A stretch of DNA of 50,337 bases. Source: a virus. Taxonomy: Duplodnaviria > Caudoviricetes. Positions 37,955 to 47,642 of the stretch are shown here, piece after piece (position 1 is the stretch's first letter; each line of letters starts with the position of its first letter). The stretch lies in IMG/VR virus record IMGVR_UViG_3300030376_000179, positions 1 to 50,337 of that record; one strand, written 5' to 3'. A program made the position numbers and the translations under genes. The notes beneath the pieces were generated by a model. It was given only the letters and a program-made list of their open reading frames with translations. It did not search any database and was not told where the DNA came from.

Positions 37955-37983
37955 ATTATACTACCTTTGACACAAATTGTCAA
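37955..37983 (-). promoter_or_regulatory. perfect sigma70 promoter on the minus strand
   Basis: Reverse complement reads TTGACA-17 bp-TATAAT. Confidence 0.7.
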
Positions 37984-38041
37984 GCACTAAATCACTAAAA
38001 AATAATAAAAAATAATAATCACAAAATATAGTATATACAGC

Positions 38042-38070
38042 TTGACAAAAACACTATTTTGTGATAGAAT
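38042..38070 (+). promoter_or_regulatory. sigma70 (early) promoter of gp55
   Basis: TTGACA-17 bp-TAGAAT with TGn extension. Confidence 0.75.
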
Positions 38071-38080
38071 GTGAAACATT

Positions 38081-38635
38081 ATGACTGTACAATTAAAAAG
38101 AAAAAAAACAGAACATTATGTAGATAACAAAAAGTTTCTAGAAGAAATGAAAAAGTATCGTAAAAAGGTACTATCTGCTCGTAACAGAAACCATAGAGAT
38201 CCTAAGATCAATGACTACATAGGCGAATGTTTTTTAAAAATAGCAAATCACTTATCATACAGACCTAACTTTATTAATTACACATATAAAGAGGACATGA
38301 TATCTGATGGTATCGAAAACTGTTTACAATATGTAGCAAACTTTGATCCTGAAAAATCAAGTAATCCTTTTGCCTACTTTACTCAAATAATATATTACGC
38401 TTTTATAAGAAGAATACAGAAAGAAAAAAAACAAACAACAATAAAACAAAAGTTAATTCTTAAAAGTGGATTAGATGAGTTAGTAAGACAAGAAGGTGAC
38501 AACGAAGAATATCAAAATTCATATGCAGACTTTCTACGAAAGAATATGGTTATTGATGAAGAACCCAAAAAGAAAGAAACAAAACCCAAACCAAAAAAGA
38601 GAAAGATTGCTTCTAAACTAGAATACTTTATGTAA
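38081..38635 (+). CDS. gp55: late transcription sigma factor gp55
   Basis: HYVDNKKF, RPNFINYTYKEDMISDGIENCL and NPFAYFTQI motifs. Confidence 0.93.
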   Translation: MTVQLKRKKTEHYVDNKKFLEEMKKYRKKVLSARNRNHRDPKINDYIGECFLKIANHLSYRPNFINYTYKEDMISDGIENCLQYVANFDPEKSSNPFAYFTQIIYYAFIRRIQKEKKQTTIKQKLILKSGLDELVRQEGDNEEYQNSYADFLRKNMVIDEEPKKKETKPKPKKRKIASKLEYFM

Positions 38636-38637
38636 CT

Positions 38638-39708
38638 ATGAAAATTGCTTTAATTACTGACACACATTTTGGGGCACGAAATGATAATCCTGCTTATGCA
38701 AATTATTTTTTTAAGTTCTATGACAATGTGTTTTTTCCATATCTAAAAGAACATAATATTAAAACATGTATTCACTTAGGTGATATTGTCGATAGACGTA
38801 AGTTTATTAATTTTAAAACTTCACATGATTTTAGAAATAACTTTATGAAAAGACTATGGGAAGAAAAAATAGACACACACATTATAATAGGTAATCACGA
38901 TACTTATTATAAGAACACAAATCAAGTAAATGCTGTTGATGAATTATTAACAACATATGATGGCATAAACGAACCTTTTATCTATTCTGATCCTAAAGTT
39001 GTTGAGATAGGTGGCATGAGAATGCTATTCTTACCTTGGGTCAACTCTAGTAACGAAGAAAAAACTAGAATGATGTTAGAACAAGAAAGTGCTGACATTG
39101 TATTAGGTCATTTAGAAATTAAAGGTTTTGAAATGCACAACAATATGAAATCTATAACAGGTCTTGAAAAGAAACTATTTCGTAGATTTGAAAAAGTATT
39201 ATCAGGTCACTTTCATAAAAAGTCTGATGACGGTCAAATATATTATCTAGGCTGTCCTTACGAGTTTATGTGGAATGATTATAACTGTCAAAAAGGTTTT
39301 CATATACTTGATACTGAAACAAGAGAAATAGAAAGAATAGTTAATCCTTATACTATACACGAAAAGATATATTATAATGATGAAGAAAACAATTACAAAG
39401 ATTTTGATTATAGTAAGTATGAAGACAAATTTATTAAACTAATTGTAGAAAAGAAAAAAGATTATTACTTGTTTGATAAGTTTGTTGATGGTTTCTATAA
39501 AAAAACAAAAGTACATGATATAAAAATTATAGAAGACTATTCAGACCTTGACGCTTCTACTGTGGCAGATGATATCGCAGAGAGAAGTGAAGACACACCT
39601 ACTTTGTTAGATAATTATGTCAACGAATTAGAAACAGACTTAAACAAAGATAAACTAAAAACTCTTATGAGAACTTTATATACTGAAGCAGGAGACATGG
39701 AAATATGA
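38638..39708 (+). CDS. gp47: recombination endonuclease gp47 (Mre11-like)
   Basis: DTHFG, GDIVD, GNHD and SGHFH phosphoesterase motifs. Confidence 0.93.
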   Translation: MKIALITDTHFGARNDNPAYANYFFKFYDNVFFPYLKEHNIKTCIHLGDIVDRRKFINFKTSHDFRNNFMKRLWEEKIDTHIIIGNHDTYYKNTNQVNAVDELLTTYDGINEPFIYSDPKVVEIGGMRMLFLPWVNSSNEEKTRMMLEQESADIVLGHLEIKGFEMHNNMKSITGLEKKLFRRFEKVLSGHFHKKSDDGQIYYLGCPYEFMWNDYNCQKGFHILDTETREIERIVNPYTIHEKIYYNDEENNYKDFDYSKYEDKFIKLIVEKKKDYYLFDKFVDGFYKKTKVHDIKIIEDYSDLDASTVADDIAERSEDTPTLLDNYVNELETDLNKDKLKTLMRTLYTEAGDMEI

Positions 39709-40244
39709 TATCTCTTCCTAATAAAAAATATGATATAATATATGCAGACCCACCATGGTCATTTAAAAATTATAGTAAAAAAGGTGAAGAAAAAAATGCT
39801 AATCAACATTATAATTGTATGTCAATAAAAGATATTTGTAATTTACCAGTAAAAGACATATCAAAAGACGACAGCATTTTGTTTATGTGGGTAACAGACC
39901 CTTTGCTAGAAAAGGCATTTGAAGTTATAAAGGCTTGGAATTTTGTTTATAAAACAGTTGCTTTTACTTGGGCAAAATCTAATAAAAATAAATTAGGAAT
40001 GTTTACTGGTCTAGGATACTGGACTAGAGGTAATCCTGAGATGTGTTTACTTGCAACAAAAGGTAAACCTAAAAGAGTTAGTAAATCTGTAGCACAATTA
40101 GTTATAGACGAAAGACGAGAACATAGTAGAAAACCAGACAGGATTAGGCACGATATAGTTAATTTATGTGGTGACTTACCACGCATTGAATTATTTGCAA
40201 GACAAGAGTGGTTAGGTTGGGATAATTGGGGTAATGAATTATGA
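39705..40244 (+). CDS. MT-A70 family adenine methyltransferase
   Basis: IIYADPPW, LFMWVT, HSRKPD and RIELFAR motifs. Confidence 0.9.
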   Translation: MISLPNKKYDIIYADPPWSFKNYSKKGEEKNANQHYNCMSIKDICNLPVKDISKDDSILFMWVTDPLLEKAFEVIKAWNFVYKTVAFTWAKSNKNKLGMFTGLGYWTRGNPEMCLLATKGKPKRVSKSVAQLVIDERREHSRKPDRIRHDIVNLCGDLPRIELFARQEWLGWDNWGNEL

Positions 40245-41947
40245 TAATATTTGAAAAGATAAGATGGAAAAACTTTCTATCATCTGGTAACTCATTTTTA
40301 GAAACTAACCTAAACAGTAACCCTACAACATTGATTGTAGGTCATAACGGCGCAGGTAAGTCAACAATACTAGACGCATTGTGTTTTGCTTTGTTTGGTA
40401 AACCTTTTAGAGAAATAAAGAAAGAACAATTAATCAATAGTATTAATCTAGGTGGCACAGAGGTTGAGTTAGAGTTTAGTATATCGTCAAATCGTTATAA
40501 AATAAAACGAGGTATCAAACCTAGTATATTTGAAGTATATCAAAATGACGAGTTAATAAATCAAACATCTACAGTTGCAGATTATCAAAAACAACTAGAA
40601 CATCAAATACTTAAATTTAATTATAGAACATTTACACAAGTGGTAATATTAGGTAGTAGTACCTTTGTACCATTTATGGAATTAAAAGCACCACATAGAC
40701 GAGAGGTAATAGAAGACATACTTGATATTAAGATATTCTCAATAATGAATATGTTAACAAAGATAAGACTAAAAGAAATAGACGAACAAGTAAAAGATAT
40801 TGATAGAGACATTACGATATTAGAGAACAATGTACAAAACCAAAAAAATTATATAGAAAAATTAGATATACAGGTCGAAGAAACAATCAACAACGAAAAA
40901 GAAAAGATACAACAAAATACAAATGCAATAGACAAATACAATACACATATCGCAGGCCTAGAAAACGAAATAAACAAATTAAAAGAAACAATAAATGATA
41001 CACAAACAGTTGTAACGAAAGCAGAAAAGATATCTAGTTTTCAGGCACAGTTTCAAAGTAAATTAAAAGAGTGTACTAAACACAAAAATTTCTATGAAGA
41101 AAATGATAACTGTCCTACATGTAAACAATTATTATCAAACAAACAAGAATTGATTGCTGAAAACAATAAAGAGTTTATGAAATGGAATCAGGCAATAGAA
41201 GATAGTAATATTGAATTAACAAAATTACAAACAAGATTGCAAAAAATAAAATCTACAGAAGCAGAAATAAGAACTACAGAGATTGACATTGCAAAGTTTG
41301 GGCAGTCAAAAACTGAGTTACACAATATTAACACAAAATTGACACATAACATTGAAACGATATCTCAACAATCTAGTAACACAGGAGAAGCGAAAGGTAA
41401 ACTAACTGAAATGGAAAATAACTTAGATGAAAAACAAACCACTAAGTTAAAGAAAATAGAAGAACATGATTATTTACAAGCCGCAAAACAAATGTTGTTA
41501 GATACAGGTATCAAAACAAAAATTATTAAACAATACTTACCTGTTATCAATCAGTTAATAAACAAGTATCTTGCAAGTATGGACTTCTTTGTAAACTTTA
41601 GATTAGATGGTGAGTTCAAAGAAACAATTAAATCAAGATATCGTGATGAGTTTTCTTATACATCATTTAGTGAAGGTGAGAAGATGAGAATAAATCTTGC
41701 ATTACTATTTACATGGCGTGCTATTGCAAAGATGAAAAACAGTATATCATGTAATCTATTAATGTTAGATGAGATATTTGATAGTAGTCTTGACGGTCAA
41801 GGCACAGACGACTTTTTGAAAATCCTAAATACATTAGACAATGAAAATGTCTTTATCATATCACACAAAACAGATATGATTGCCGACAAATTTACAAATG
41901 TTATTAAGTATGAAAAAGTAGGAAACTTTACAAAGGTGGTAGAATGA
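40241..41947 (+). CDS. gp46: recombination ATPase gp46 (Rad50-like)
   Basis: GHNGAGKS, CPTC zinc hook, FSEGEK and LDEIFD motifs. Confidence 0.95.
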   Translation: MIIFEKIRWKNFLSSGNSFLETNLNSNPTTLIVGHNGAGKSTILDALCFALFGKPFREIKKEQLINSINLGGTEVELEFSISSNRYKIKRGIKPSIFEVYQNDELINQTSTVADYQKQLEHQILKFNYRTFTQVVILGSSTFVPFMELKAPHRREVIEDILDIKIFSIMNMLTKIRLKEIDEQVKDIDRDITILENNVQNQKNYIEKLDIQVEETINNEKEKIQQNTNAIDKYNTHIAGLENEINKLKETINDTQTVVTKAEKISSFQAQFQSKLKECTKHKNFYEENDNCPTCKQLLSNKQELIAENNKEFMKWNQAIEDSNIELTKLQTRLQKIKSTEAEIRTTEIDIAKFGQSKTELHNINTKLTHNIETISQQSSNTGEAKGKLTEMENNLDEKQTTKLKKIEEHDYLQAAKQMLLDTGIKTKIIKQYLPVINQLINKYLASMDFFVNFRLDGEFKETIKSRYRDEFSYTSFSEGEKMRINLALLFTWRAIAKMKNSISCNLLMLDEIFDSSLDGQGTDDFLKILNTLDNENVFIISHKTDMIADKFTNVIKYEKVGNFTKVVE

Positions 41948-42198
41948 GTAAATTTAAAGACGAGAAATCTGAAATACTGACAATCTTTATGGAAGAATGT
42001 TCAGAGGCAATACAAGAAGCAAGCAAGATGTTACGATTTGATAATAATCCTACAGAATTAGAAAGAGAGATAGGTGACTTGTTTGCTATGATACAGATAA
42101 TGAAAGAACGAAACTGGATTAATTATGAAGTTATGACAAATTATGCAAAGAAGAAAAGAGAGAAACTGAAAGAATGGTCAGATTTAACTAACTTATGA
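41944..42198 (+). CDS. MazG-like nucleotide pyrophosphohydrolase
   Basis: EECSEAIQE...EREIGD (EExxE...ExxD) pattern. Confidence 0.65.
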   Translation: MSKFKDEKSEILTIFMEECSEAIQEASKMLRFDNNPTELEREIGDLFAMIQIMKERNWINYEVMTNYAKKKREKLKEWSDLTNL

Positions 42199-42803
42199 TA
42201 TACGTTGAAGATTGTTTAAACACACTAGATCGTAAATTGTATTATGATTATGTTGTATGTTCACCACCTGACTTTGATGAGTTAGACAAGGCAATAGATT
42301 TTTCATATGCAGACTTTATTACATCATGGGCTACAAAATTAGAACCTGCTAATAACTTTGTTTCTATATGCATTAGTGATAGAAAGAGTGGCGGTCAAAT
42401 AGTATCTAAACATAGTATTGTGATTGAAGTATTTAAAACACTAGGTTACATTTTACACTCACATAAGATTTGGGTAAAAGGTACAGGTGTTAATGATTAT
42501 AGAATGAACTATCAACATGTAATGACATTTAGTAGAAAAGGTCAAAAGAGAAAACCTATTGCAGACTTTAAACCTGATGTGTTCATTGTTAATTCTAGTA
42601 AATATAAAAATTATGGTTATGGCATGCCAGTAAGAGTAATAGAATTACTAATACAAAACTACACAGATAAAGATAATATAGTTTATGATCCTTTCATGGG
42701 TTCTGGTACAACAGCTCTTGCCGCTATTAATACTAAGAGACAATGGATAGGTTCAGAGATAAATCAAGAATATGCAGATTTAACAAAAGAGAGAACGCAA
42801 TGA
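42195..42803 (+). CDS. beta-class N4/N6 DNA methyltransferase
   Basis: N-terminal SPPD (motif IV variant) and C-terminal YDPFMGSGTT...GSEI. Confidence 0.8.
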   Translation: MIYVEDCLNTLDRKLYYDYVVCSPPDFDELDKAIDFSYADFITSWATKLEPANNFVSICISDRKSGGQIVSKHSIVIEVFKTLGYILHSHKIWVKGTGVNDYRMNYQHVMTFSRKGQKRKPIADFKPDVFIVNSSKYKNYGYGMPVRVIELLIQNYTDKDNIVYDPFMGSGTTALAAINTKRQWIGSEINQEYADLTKERTQ

Positions 42804-43867
42804 GTGAAGTGATTGAACAAATAAAAGATAGAGGTTTTCCATACTATCCTGAAGATAGTAAATGGCGTAATCATAAGTTTGATGGTCTATTATCTTTTGA
42901 TAGAACTAATTTAGTAGATAGAAAAAACAAAGTTATAGGACAATCTGCTCATGGTCTTAATCTTGCATGGTCTTATATGAAGCATTCTTGGGGCATCAAA
43001 TGTGGTAAAATGAAAACACCTATGGAAATATGGAATGATGAAGAACATCTTGAAAAGGGTATTAACAAAATATTAAATGGTGTATTCTTTACACAAAAAC
43101 CATTACACAAAATAACAGATAGTGATTTACGGTCTATGTTAAGAAGGTATACAGGTACACAAATGGTATCTAACTTTAGACCTACAGCGGCAGCCGCTAT
43201 GTATGATATCTTTGTAGATAAAGATAGTATTATTGAAGGAACAGAGGCAGGTACTGTATGGGATCCTAGTATGGGTTATGGTGGTAGATTATTAGGTGCT
43301 ATCGCTGCTGGTGTCAATTATATAGGCACAGACCCTTGTATCCCAACGTACAGAGGGTTAGAACAGATAAGAGATACTTATGGTCATAAAGATAAGAAAT
43401 ACGAATTATTGCGTCAAGGTAGTGAGACTTACATACCTGAAGATGAGAGTTTAGATTTTGTCTTTACAAGTCCACCTTATTTTGGGTGGGAAGCGTATGG
43501 TGATGAGCCTGAACAATCTAGTATTAAGTTTGATACAAGTTATATGTGGCGTGAGGGTTTTTTAAAAAAGACTATTGCAAATGCACATAAAGGGTTAAAG
43601 ACAGGCAAATACCTTGCACTAAATGTAGCAAATACAAAACAATATAAGACCTTTGAGGAAGACACAGTATCATTAGCAAAAGAAGTAGGATTTAGACATG
43701 TAGATACCTGGTGGTTATCTTTATCAACACAGCAAGGTAAATCAACGGTAAACACATTAGATGGTACAGAGAGTGAAAAGAAACAAAAACAAAAGTATAT
43801 TGGTGAATTTATACGACCTGACCTGCCAGGACGCAAATTTGAACCCACTTTTATCTTCGAAAAGTGA
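42800..43867 (+). CDS. alpha-class N4C-type DNA methyltransferase
   Basis: DPSMGYGGRL (motif I) precedes FTSPPY (motif IV); ATGA-coupled start at 42800. Confidence 0.8.
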   Translation: MSEVIEQIKDRGFPYYPEDSKWRNHKFDGLLSFDRTNLVDRKNKVIGQSAHGLNLAWSYMKHSWGIKCGKMKTPMEIWNDEEHLEKGINKILNGVFFTQKPLHKITDSDLRSMLRRYTGTQMVSNFRPTAAAAMYDIFVDKDSIIEGTEAGTVWDPSMGYGGRLLGAIAAGVNYIGTDPCIPTYRGLEQIRDTYGHKDKKYELLRQGSETYIPEDESLDFVFTSPPYFGWEAYGDEPEQSSIKFDTSYMWREGFLKKTIANAHKGLKTGKYLALNVANTKQYKTFEEDTVSLAKEVGFRHVDTWWLSLSTQQGKSTVNTLDGTESEKKQKQKYIGEFIRPDLPGRKFEPTFIFEK

Positions 43868-43886
43868 GAACAAAGTAAGAACATTA

Positions 43887-43991
43887 GTGTGTCAACCTGA
43901 CGCACCTATCTTAAATCGTTGAAAAATAACGATTTTAATTTCAATTATTTCGAAAATAATGCTTGATTTATTGCTCGTTTTAGTGTAGCAT
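43887..43991 (+). promoter_or_regulatory. early promoter with two upstream palindromes, copy 1
   Basis: GTGTGTCAACCTGACGCAC; AAATCGTT-N7-AACGATTT (43913-43935); TTGATT-17-TAGCAT (43963-43991). Confidence 0.7.
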
Positions 43992-44013
43992 AGTCTAATA
44001 ATTGAGGTTACAT

Positions 44014-46260
44014 ATGATTAGTAAAGAACAAAAAACAAACTTAGCAAAACTACTTGCAACAGAAAACATTACTGTTGAACATAAAAAAGTAGAGACTGCT
44101 TATTTCATTCCTAAAACTAGAATTTTATGCCTTCCTTTATGGGAAGATATGTCTAATGATTTATATGACTTATTAGTTGGGCATGAAGTTGGTCACGCAC
44201 TTTATACACCAACTGACGAAAACGAATTTAAAAAACACAAAGGTATTCCACATTCTTATTTTAATGTTATCGAAGACATTCGTATTGATAAGAAAATGAA
44301 AATTAAATATCCTGGTTTAAGAAGATCATACTATAGAGGTTATAATGAACTGATTGAAAATGATTTCTTTAGAACTAAAGATATTAATATTGACGGTCTT
44401 AGATTTATTGATAGACTTAATATGTTCTCTAAATCCGGTCAAAGAGAAATTATAGAATTTAATGATATCGAACAAGAATTTATTACTAGATCAGATAAAC
44501 TTGAAACATGGGATGATGTAGTAAAACTTACTAAAGATATTTTTGCCTATTCACAAGAAGAACAATTTGACGAAGACGAACAAGAACAATTAGCAATGTC
44601 AAAATCTATGACATCTGATATACAAGAAGGCGAAGACGACTCTGAACAAGAACAAGAAGGAGATAGTAATGAGCAACAAGAGCAAGATCAGGAAACTTCT
44701 TCCTCATCTGGATCTGATACTGATAAACCCGAAGAAGAACAATCAAACAATTCTTCAAACAAACAAGAAGAAAAAAAAGAAGAACAAGAAAAAGTAAAAA
44801 GTGAATCTTCTTCTAATCAAGAAGCCGGTTATAATCCTTCTGCTAATGAGTCGTTTACTGATAAAAACTTTTCAGAAACATCTAAAAAACTTTCTAATAC
44901 ATCTAAAGATATTTCTGATAATCATTATGTAACTTTACCAAAAAGAGTTGATAATGTAGTTACTGTAAAAGAAATTGCAAAAGATATCGACAAATATAAT
45001 TCTAGATATCCTATGTCTTTGAGATTATCAAAATTTAAACAGTTTAAAAAAGATCAAATGAGAACTGTTAACTATATGGTCAAAGAATTTGAAATGAAGA
45101 AGTCAGCAGACGCTTATACTAGAACTAGAAGTGCTAGAACTGGTATGATTAATACTAACTCTTTACATTCTTACAAATATAATGATGATATATTTAAAAG
45201 AATTAATATTGAACCCGGTGCAAAAAATCACGGTATGATTATGATTATAGATTGGTCAGGTAGTATGCATGATAAAATGTATAACACTATAATACAAACC
45301 ATGAACTTAGTTATGTTCTGTAAAGCAGTTAATATACCTTTTGAAGTATATGCCTTTTCTGATATTGCAAAACAATATTTTCAAAATGATGAAGACTATG
45401 ACGGTTTCAGTAGAAGGTATAAAAACTTACCTGTTATCTTAGATAAACCAAACCAGATAGTTATGGAAAACTGTTCAATGTTACAATTCGTAACCTCTGA
45501 TCTGAGAACTAATGAGTATAACGAAGCAATGTCTAACTTACTTGCTGTTGCTAATTATTATAAAGTAGGTAGTAGATCATCAAGATATCTAAGTTATAGT
45601 AATGACGAACCGTATTTTGATGTTGGGCATACTTTAAGATTAGGTGGCACACCTCTTGATAGTGGTATTTTATCTACTATTGAGATTGCTAATAAGTTTC
45701 AAAAAAAGAATAAGATACAAAAACTTAATACTGTATTCTTAACTGATGGTTGTGGTCACACTACAAGCAACTATACTACTTTTAATGATAAAGGTGATAT
45801 AGCAGTTACACATTTAAACAATCAAAAATTCAAAATCAAAGATGGTAGTTATACTATTGATTATGGTTCTGATAGTTACGGTCAAAGTCACTTTATTACA
45901 TATCACAAACCTATGTTAGAGTATTACAAACACAAAACCGGTTCTACTGTTATTGGTTATTATATCGCTGGTAGAAATTTAAAGTATTGGGATATTAATA
46001 CATTTACTGGTAAGAGTAATTATCAAGTGTTTGAGGATGCAAAATCTGAAATGAGAAAAAATAAATGTGTTACTATGAAAAACAATGGCTATGATGAGTT
46101 GTTTATCATAACACAAAACAACTTAAAGATAGAAGACGAAGAGGTTAAAATTACAACTGATATGACTACTGCTAAAATGAAATCACAATTTTTGAAAAAC
46201 TTTAAATCTAAGAGATTATCTAGAGTTTTATTGAACAAATTTGTAGAAAGAGTAGCATGA
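44014..46260 (+). CDS. metallopeptidase-like plus vWA (CobT-like) protein
   Basis: HEVGH and NVIED.RI, an acidic linker, then MIDAS DWSGS, GGTPL and LTDG. Confidence 0.8.
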   Translation: MISKEQKTNLAKLLATENITVEHKKVETAYFIPKTRILCLPLWEDMSNDLYDLLVGHEVGHALYTPTDENEFKKHKGIPHSYFNVIEDIRIDKKMKIKYPGLRRSYYRGYNELIENDFFRTKDINIDGLRFIDRLNMFSKSGQREIIEFNDIEQEFITRSDKLETWDDVVKLTKDIFAYSQEEQFDEDEQEQLAMSKSMTSDIQEGEDDSEQEQEGDSNEQQEQDQETSSSSGSDTDKPEEEQSNNSSNKQEEKKEEQEKVKSESSSNQEAGYNPSANESFTDKNFSETSKKLSNTSKDISDNHYVTLPKRVDNVVTVKEIAKDIDKYNSRYPMSLRLSKFKQFKKDQMRTVNYMVKEFEMKKSADAYTRTRSARTGMINTNSLHSYKYNDDIFKRINIEPGAKNHGMIMIIDWSGSMHDKMYNTIIQTMNLVMFCKAVNIPFEVYAFSDIAKQYFQNDEDYDGFSRRYKNLPVILDKPNQIVMENCSMLQFVTSDLRTNEYNEAMSNLLAVANYYKVGSRSSRYLSYSNDEPYFDVGHTLRLGGTPLDSGILSTIEIANKFQKKNKIQKLNTVFLTDGCGHTTSNYTTFNDKGDIAVTHLNNQKFKIKDGSYTIDYGSDSYGQSHFITYHKPMLEYYKHKTGSTVIGYYIAGRNLKYWDINTFTGKSNYQVFEDAKSEMRKNKCVTMKNNGYDELFIITQNNLKIEDEEVKITTDMTTAKMKSQFLKNFKSKRLSRVLLNKFVERVA

Positions 46261-46358
46261 GACAAGTTGTCGCATGTAAAAAAGTGTGTAAATCGTTGAT
46301 AAATAACGATTTTAATTTTACGAATATGCTTGACTTTTCACCCGAAATAGTGTAGCAT
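46256..46358 (+). promoter_or_regulatory. early promoter with two upstream palindromes, copy 2
   Basis: CATGAGACAAGTTGTCGCATG; AAATCGTT-N7-AACGATTT (46290-46312); TTGACT-17-TAGCAT (46330-46358). Confidence 0.72.
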
Positions 46359-46391
46359 ATAGTTATATATTTAAAATGAAAGGTATATATT

Positions 46392-47561
46392 ATGAACTAT
46401 GATGAATTAAATATGAACCAAAAAGAGTTTGTTGACTTAGCGTACAAACACTTTAATAAAGATCAGTTATCTAGAAATGAGATAAACTCATTTGCTAAGG
46501 ATAACAATCTTAAATATCCTGAGTGGTTAAAGTCTGATGAGTTTAGACTTGCTCGTGGTGTTTACAAGTTACCTGTTGAAGGTATTGTTAATCCTTCAAA
46601 AAATGTGAAACAAAAAGTTTCTAAGAAATCTGATGTTGTTTCAAAACAAATCTCTGTATCACAATCAAGTGCTGATAATTTAGTACCTACAAAAGAACAG
46701 ACATTTGTACCTTTTGGTAATTACAAAGATATTAAAAATATTATTAAGTCTAATATCTTTTATCCTACTTTTATTACTGGTTTATCTGGTAACGGTAAGA
46801 CTTTAAATATTATTCAAAGTTGTGCCGAACTTAAAAGAGAACTTATTCGAGTTAACATAACCGTTGAAACTGACGAAGACGATTTACTTGGCGGTTTCAG
46901 ATTGCAAGATGGTGAAACTGTCTGGCATGATGGTCCTGTTGTTGACGCAATGAAAAGAGGTGCTTTACTTCTTTTAGACGAAATTGATTTAGCGTCAAAC
47001 AAAATTATGTGTTTACAACCTGTCTTAGAAGGCAACGGTATCTTTCTTAAAAAGATAGGTCAGTTTGTTGAACCTAAAGACGGTTTCAATATTATCGCAA
47101 CTGCCAATACTAAAGGTAAAGGTAGTGATGACGGTAGATTTATTGGTACTAACATTCTTAACGAAGCGTTTCTTGAAAGATTTCCTGTGACGTTTGAACA
47201 AGAATATCCAGCCGCTAAGATCGAACAAAAAATCTTAGACAATGTAATGTCACATTACAGTTTAAAAGATACTGAGTTTACTGGCAACCTTGTTAAGTGG
47301 GCAGATGTCATAAGAAGAACTTTCTATGACGGTGGTATTGATGAGATAATTGCTACTAGACGATTAGTACATATCATCAATGCTTATGCAATCTTTAAAA
47401 ACAAGTTGAAAGCAGTTGAGGTTTGTATCAACAGATTTGATACAGACACTAAAAATAGTTTCCTTGATTTATATACTAAAGTCGATTCCGGCGTTAGTAT
47501 AGAAGAACTAAATCAAGGATCTTCCAATGATAGTGAGGAGAGTGTTAGTGATAATGCTTAA
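46392..47561 (+). CDS. cobS: CobS/MoxR-like AAA+ ATPase
   Basis: GLSGNGKT, LLLDEID, ATANTKGKG and LNEAFLERF motifs. Confidence 0.85.
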   Translation: MNYDELNMNQKEFVDLAYKHFNKDQLSRNEINSFAKDNNLKYPEWLKSDEFRLARGVYKLPVEGIVNPSKNVKQKVSKKSDVVSKQISVSQSSADNLVPTKEQTFVPFGNYKDIKNIIKSNIFYPTFITGLSGNGKTLNIIQSCAELKRELIRVNITVETDEDDLLGGFRLQDGETVWHDGPVVDAMKRGALLLLDEIDLASNKIMCLQPVLEGNGIFLKKIGQFVEPKDGFNIIATANTKGKGSDDGRFIGTNILNEAFLERFPVTFEQEYPAAKIEQKILDNVMSHYSLKDTEFTGNLVKWADVIRRTFYDGGIDEIIATRRLVHIINAYAIFKNKLKAVEVCINRFDTDTKNSFLDLYTKVDSGVSIEELNQGSSNDSEESVSDNA

Positions 47562-47587
47562 ATCTATCGTTCATAATGTAGACCTCG

Positions 47588-47609
47588 GGTGGGCAGTTAA
47601 ATGCCCACC
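47588..47609 (+). terminator. hairpin after cobS-like gene
   Basis: GGTGGGCA-GTTAAA-TGCCCACC with a poor U-tail. Confidence 0.5.
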
Positions 47610-47642
47610 TTCAATAAAAATTAATAATGAGAAGGTGATATC

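Noticed and set aside
42743-42799. Longer upstream starts in the ORF track (also 33611, 34656, 44002)
   Set aside because: Downstream ATGs fit stop-start coupling, RBS or promoter positions better.
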